A stretch of 28,059 bases of DNA, from IMG/VR virus record IMGVR_UViG_3300036963_000407, positions 1-28,059 of that record. One strand, 5' to 3'. Below are positions 25,003 to 28,059 of the stretch, in pieces. The notes beneath the pieces are model-generated. The model made no database searches. It was not told where the DNA came from and saw only the letters and a program-made list of their open reading frames with translations. Source of the DNA: a virus. The stretch's first letter is position 1. Every line of letters begins with the position of its first letter. A program made the position numbers and the translations under genes.

Positions 25003-26952
25003 TTAACTTTTTTGCCATGGCACATTATATGTTCTTGGGGCAAAAGGATAACTTGGTTTGTATTTAGGCAAAGGAATAGAGAATCTTCCAAAATTACTTG
25101 TCATTTCTTGAGTATCATTGTATAGCTCTTTAAATGCTTCATCACTCATATCTGAATTTTCTGAATATTTTTCAAGTAATTCATTTATATATCGTTTTAT
25201 ATCAGAATCTTCCATTTCATCAAGAAAATCAAAAAGCCAATCATCATATTCAGATTCATCAAATAAATGAGAAATATTTACAGTACTCATAGCTATATCA
25301 TCATGAACGCCTAAACCTTTCCAGCTGCCATGTTTATTTTTTCCAAATGCCTTAAATTCTTTTAATGTTTCTTTTTCATTTATAATTAATATTCGTTGGC
25401 TAACAAGTTTTTTGCCTAATTTACAGTAAAAGTCTTTATTTGCGCCTGTTTTAAAGCCTGGTTTTTTTCTTGGTGTCCTTTCGCCAGGAATAGGTTTAGT
25501 ATGATAAGTATTTAAAACAACGCTTTCATCATATTTGTCGTGTTCTGAAAATTTATCAAGAAAATGTTTTCCGTTAAAATTCATTTCAATCAATACCTTG
25601 CAAAGTTCTTCTCCGAATTGATCAAAAACAATTGATCTTGTTACTTTAGCACAATTTTCTTCATCTTTTATGTTATCACGATATAATCCTATCTGTACAA
25701 ATCTGAACATATTTTTAATAATAAGTTCATCTTTTCTAAGTTTCTTTAATTGTGCTATGCTTTTAAGCTCAATACGAAATATGTTGCATACATTGTAATC
25801 ATTATCTTTTAATTCATCTTCATCCTTTCCTTCCCCTGTATCTATGCTTAATACAAATCTATGTTCTTTAGAATTAAATTCAGCATTAGGATCAAAACCA
25901 GGATCCCATTTTAAATTTCGATAAAGAAGATCATCTAAATCAGTTTTTTCTAAATCATGAAAAACGTATTCTTTTTCAAGTCTTGATAAAAATTTTAAAT
26001 CTGAACCTCGTAATAATAAATTAGATCCAGCCTGATTAAAATCAAGACCAAACTCCTGGGCAAAGTTTTCTTCACCAAAGTTTGCTATCATTCTTTGTTT
26101 CCATTCTTCATCATGTCCAGGAACTTCCCACCAATCAACTCGTATTGACATGAAATCGTTCATCCCCTTTTGTGATCTGTCCCATATATCAAAGAAAACG
26201 TTATCAGTACCGTTAGGCGTTGATGATATAATACACTGTGAAACTTCAGAAGATGCTAATGTAGGATAAACTGATCTCCAGAAATGGCGTGCTATTGATT
26301 TTTGAATATGAGCAAACTCATCCGCATAAAGAACATGAATAGTAAAACCGATTTGAGCTGTTTTTGTGGTTGCCTGAGAGGTTAACATACAACCATTATC
26401 TAATTTCATTCCACCCGCTCCAGCATTAATAATGCCAGGTTTTAAGAAGAATGGCAATCCTTTGAATACATCAATAACTTTACCAACAATTTCAAATGCC
26501 GTTGTTTGTTTATTAGCCAAAATAGCTAAGTTTCTATCACTATGGAAACACATGTACCAAGCAAAATATGCTGCAATAGTAGTAGTTTTTCCCGACTGGC
26601 GGCTTTGAAGCATAATCAGGTTACGGATCTGGGGAATTAAGTCCTCTGTCTTTTCATTCCACGTTTCACTTGCAAGGGCACGCAATATTTTCTTTTGATA
26701 ATCACGTAATTTTACAACTCTTCTTCCAGTATCAGTAAGAAAACGGCAATATTTTTCAACAAAATACACAATATCTCGGGAACAGTTATGAAATTCTTCT
26801 ATTTCTTCATGTGTTAATTGATATAAAAGATTTCCAGTTTTAAGCTCAATATCTCCCATGTGAAAACACGTAAGATCTGTTGGAATACCCATTCTAAGTT
26901 TTTCCAACGATTGCTGAACCAGTTGACTGTTCCATATAGTTGTGTTTGCCAT
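25003..26952 (-). CDS. terL: terminase large subunit (T4 gp17-like)
   Basis: LRDYQK adenine motif, Walker A SRQSGKTTT, Walker B LYADEFAHI, ISSTPNG, and nuclease motifs SIDTGEG and HDDIAMS. Confidence 0.95.
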   Translation of the reverse strand: MANTTIWNSQLVQQSLEKLRMGIPTDLTCFHMGDIELKTGNLLYQLTHEEIEEFHNCSRDIVYFVEKYCRFLTDTGRRVVKLRDYQKKILRALASETWNEKTEDLIPQIRNLIMLQSRQSGKTTTIAAYFAWYMCFHSDRNLAILANKQTTAFEIVGKVIDVFKGLPFFLKPGIINAGAGGMKLDNGCMLTSQATTKTAQIGFTIHVLYADEFAHIQKSIARHFWRSVYPTLASSEVSQCIISSTPNGTDNVFFDIWDRSQKGMNDFMSIRVDWWEVPGHDEEWKQRMIANFGEENFAQEFGLDFNQAGSNLLLRGSDLKFLSRLEKEYVFHDLEKTDLDDLLYRNLKWDPGFDPNAEFNSKEHRFVLSIDTGEGKDEDELKDNDYNVCNIFRIELKSIAQLKKLRKDELIIKNMFRFVQIGLYRDNIKDEENCAKVTRSIVFDQFGEELCKVLIEMNFNGKHFLDKFSEHDKYDESVVLNTYHTKPIPGERTPRKKPGFKTGANKDFYCKLGKKLVSQRILIINEKETLKEFKAFGKNKHGSWKGLGVHDDIAMSTVNISHLFDESEYDDWLFDFLDEMEDSDIKRYINELLEKYSENSDMSDEAFKELYNDTQEMTSNFGRFSIPLPKYKPSYPFAPRTYNVPWQKS

Positions 26953-26963
26953 AAAAATGTGTT

Positions 26964-27623
26964 TTATTCAACTAATTGAGCATCATCGATATTGGGGATA
27001 AGCCCCTCTTTATCTAAATAACCTTCAGGTGCATTTAATGTTTTAACTCGATTTATTAGTTCTTTAGTTCCTCTAGTAATAACTCCCCCATCTCCTGTTG
27101 TAATCATTCCTTTGGGCCCAGTTTGAGGTCCAAGCGCTTCAGTTCTTTTTTCTTTAACATCTTCACGGAATGATTTATAAGTTTCCTTTAGAGCTTCAAC
27201 TGTCTGTATAAGTTGTTTGTTAAGTTCACCAATAGTTTTGGACATACCAGCAAAAACTTCGAACATTCTTGCGTTTACCATTCCTAAATTAACTTGATCA
27301 ATGAGAGCCTTTTGCATAACTTCATTTGTTCGAAGTTGATAAATCATTCCAGATAATGATATTATATCTACTTTAAGCTTATTTTCAAGATATTCATTAC
27401 TTTCTATCATATCTTCAGGAATAATAAACTTTATTGCATTTTTAAGCATTATCTCGGCTTCTTGTTCACATTTTTCTCGAAGTTCATTAAAATCTACATC
27501 TGTAACAGGTTCTGCTTTTAATCCTGGAATGTTTTCAGCATTAGTAGGAACATTATCTTTTATTTCATCGGGTGATTTATCCAACAACTTACGTAGTTCC
27601 TCTCTTTCATCCTTTGCTTTCAT
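26964..27623 (-). CDS. terS: terminase small subunit (T4 gp16-like)
   Basis: Lies immediately upstream of terL. ARMFEVFAGMSKTIGELNKQL helix and a GTKELI motif resemble gp16-type proteins. Confidence 0.65.
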   Translation of the reverse strand: MKAKDEREELRKLLDKSPDEIKDNVPTNAENIPGLKAEPVTDVDFNELREKCEQEAEIMLKNAIKFIIPEDMIESNEYLENKLKVDIISLSGMIYQLRTNEVMQKALIDQVNLGMVNARMFEVFAGMSKTIGELNKQLIQTVEALKETYKSFREDVKEKRTEALGPQTGPKGMITTGDGGVITRGTKELINRVKTLNAPEGYLDKEGLIPNIDDAQLVE

Positions 27624-27632
27624 ATGTTTTAA

Positions 27633-27647
27633 TTTTAAGTATTTATC
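27633..27647 (-). promoter_or_regulatory. late-type promoter motif variant for terS
   Basis: GATAAATACTTAAAA on the minus strand. Confidence 0.4.
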
Positions 27648-27648
27648 G

Positions 27649-28059
27649 TTATCGTTGTCTAGTTATATATGGCATTCTAACAATGGGCTCGGCTTGATCA
27701 GCTAAAATTAACTTATCTGCATCTTTTGAGAAATATGCCATAAGTTCATTTACCTGATGTTCTTCTTCTATCGTAGCAGAATATAGTCTTAAATTTGTTA
27801 AGTAAGCCGGTGATTTATTAACATTATATTGATCCACTACAAATGCTTGAGGTGTTAATTGAAGAGTTTCATAGAATACATTACGCATTTTTGATGCTTT
27901 ATCTGTTTCATGCTTAGTCCAAACGTAGACATTATATTGTTGCCATGAATTTCCAATGTTAACAATTATTCCATACCACTGATCATCTAAAAGCTTTTCG
28001 TCTATTCTTACGACATAAGCATCATCATCAGGATATTCATTACTATAATTTATTGCTAT
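27649..28059 (-). CDS. partial C-terminus of a structural protein with a LamG/ConA-like beta domain
   Basis: The frame is open from the window edge (IAINYSNEY...QWYGIIVNIGN...LTNLRLY...). The ORF-track start at 27888 is internal. Confidence 0.55.
   Translation of the reverse strand: MAINYSNEYPDDDAYVVRIDEKLLDDQWYGIIVNIGNSWQQYNVYVWTKHETDKASKMRNVFYETLQLTPQAFVVDQYNVNKSPAYLTNLRLYSATIEEEHQVNELMAYFSKDADKLILADQAEPIVRMPYITRQR

Noticed and set aside
25003-26952. Intein or intron in the terminase
   Set aside because: The length is normal for gp17-like proteins, and no intein C/S...HN boundary or LAGLIDADG motif is visible.
1-28059. Stop-codon reassignment (TAG or TGA recoding as in some large phages)
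   Set aside because: Long conserved genes are intact in code 11, and TAG/TGA end genes at sensible positions (12667, 12825, 11879, 14085).

Overview
A very AT-rich segment of a large, T4-like contractile-tailed (myovirus-type) phage genome, read in genetic code 11. The host is probably a Bacteroidota bacterium. This is an inference from the absence of Shine-Dalgarno motifs and a tmRNA tag starting with G. The + strand arm (1-11.9 kb) carries an apparently circularly permuted, minimal two-piece tmRNA, a GIY-YIG endonuclease, dTMP kinase, an ECF-like sigma factor followed by a membrane-anchored protein, a PD-(D/E)XK exonuclease, a GT25 glycosyltransferase, membrane proteins, probable virion proteins and a zinc-finger/PD-(D/E)XK endonuclease. 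The - strand arm carries small terminase, large terminase, tail sheath, tail tube, a Hef/Vsr-like endonuclease, two tail-assembly genes, tape measure, thyA and a GT-A glycosyltransferase. Highlights: (1) the permuted compact tmRNA in a phage; (2) two unrelated free-standing endonucleases that share an identical 22-nt promoter/start cassette and each sit between a host gene and a diverged leftover copy of that gene's end (clear for the thyA 5' end, weaker for the glycosyltransferase 3' end); (3) two recurrent promoter-like motifs, one a candidate target of the phage sigma factor; (4) a possible frameshifted tail-chaperone pair. All family assignments come from motifs recognised by eye, and no database searches were run.
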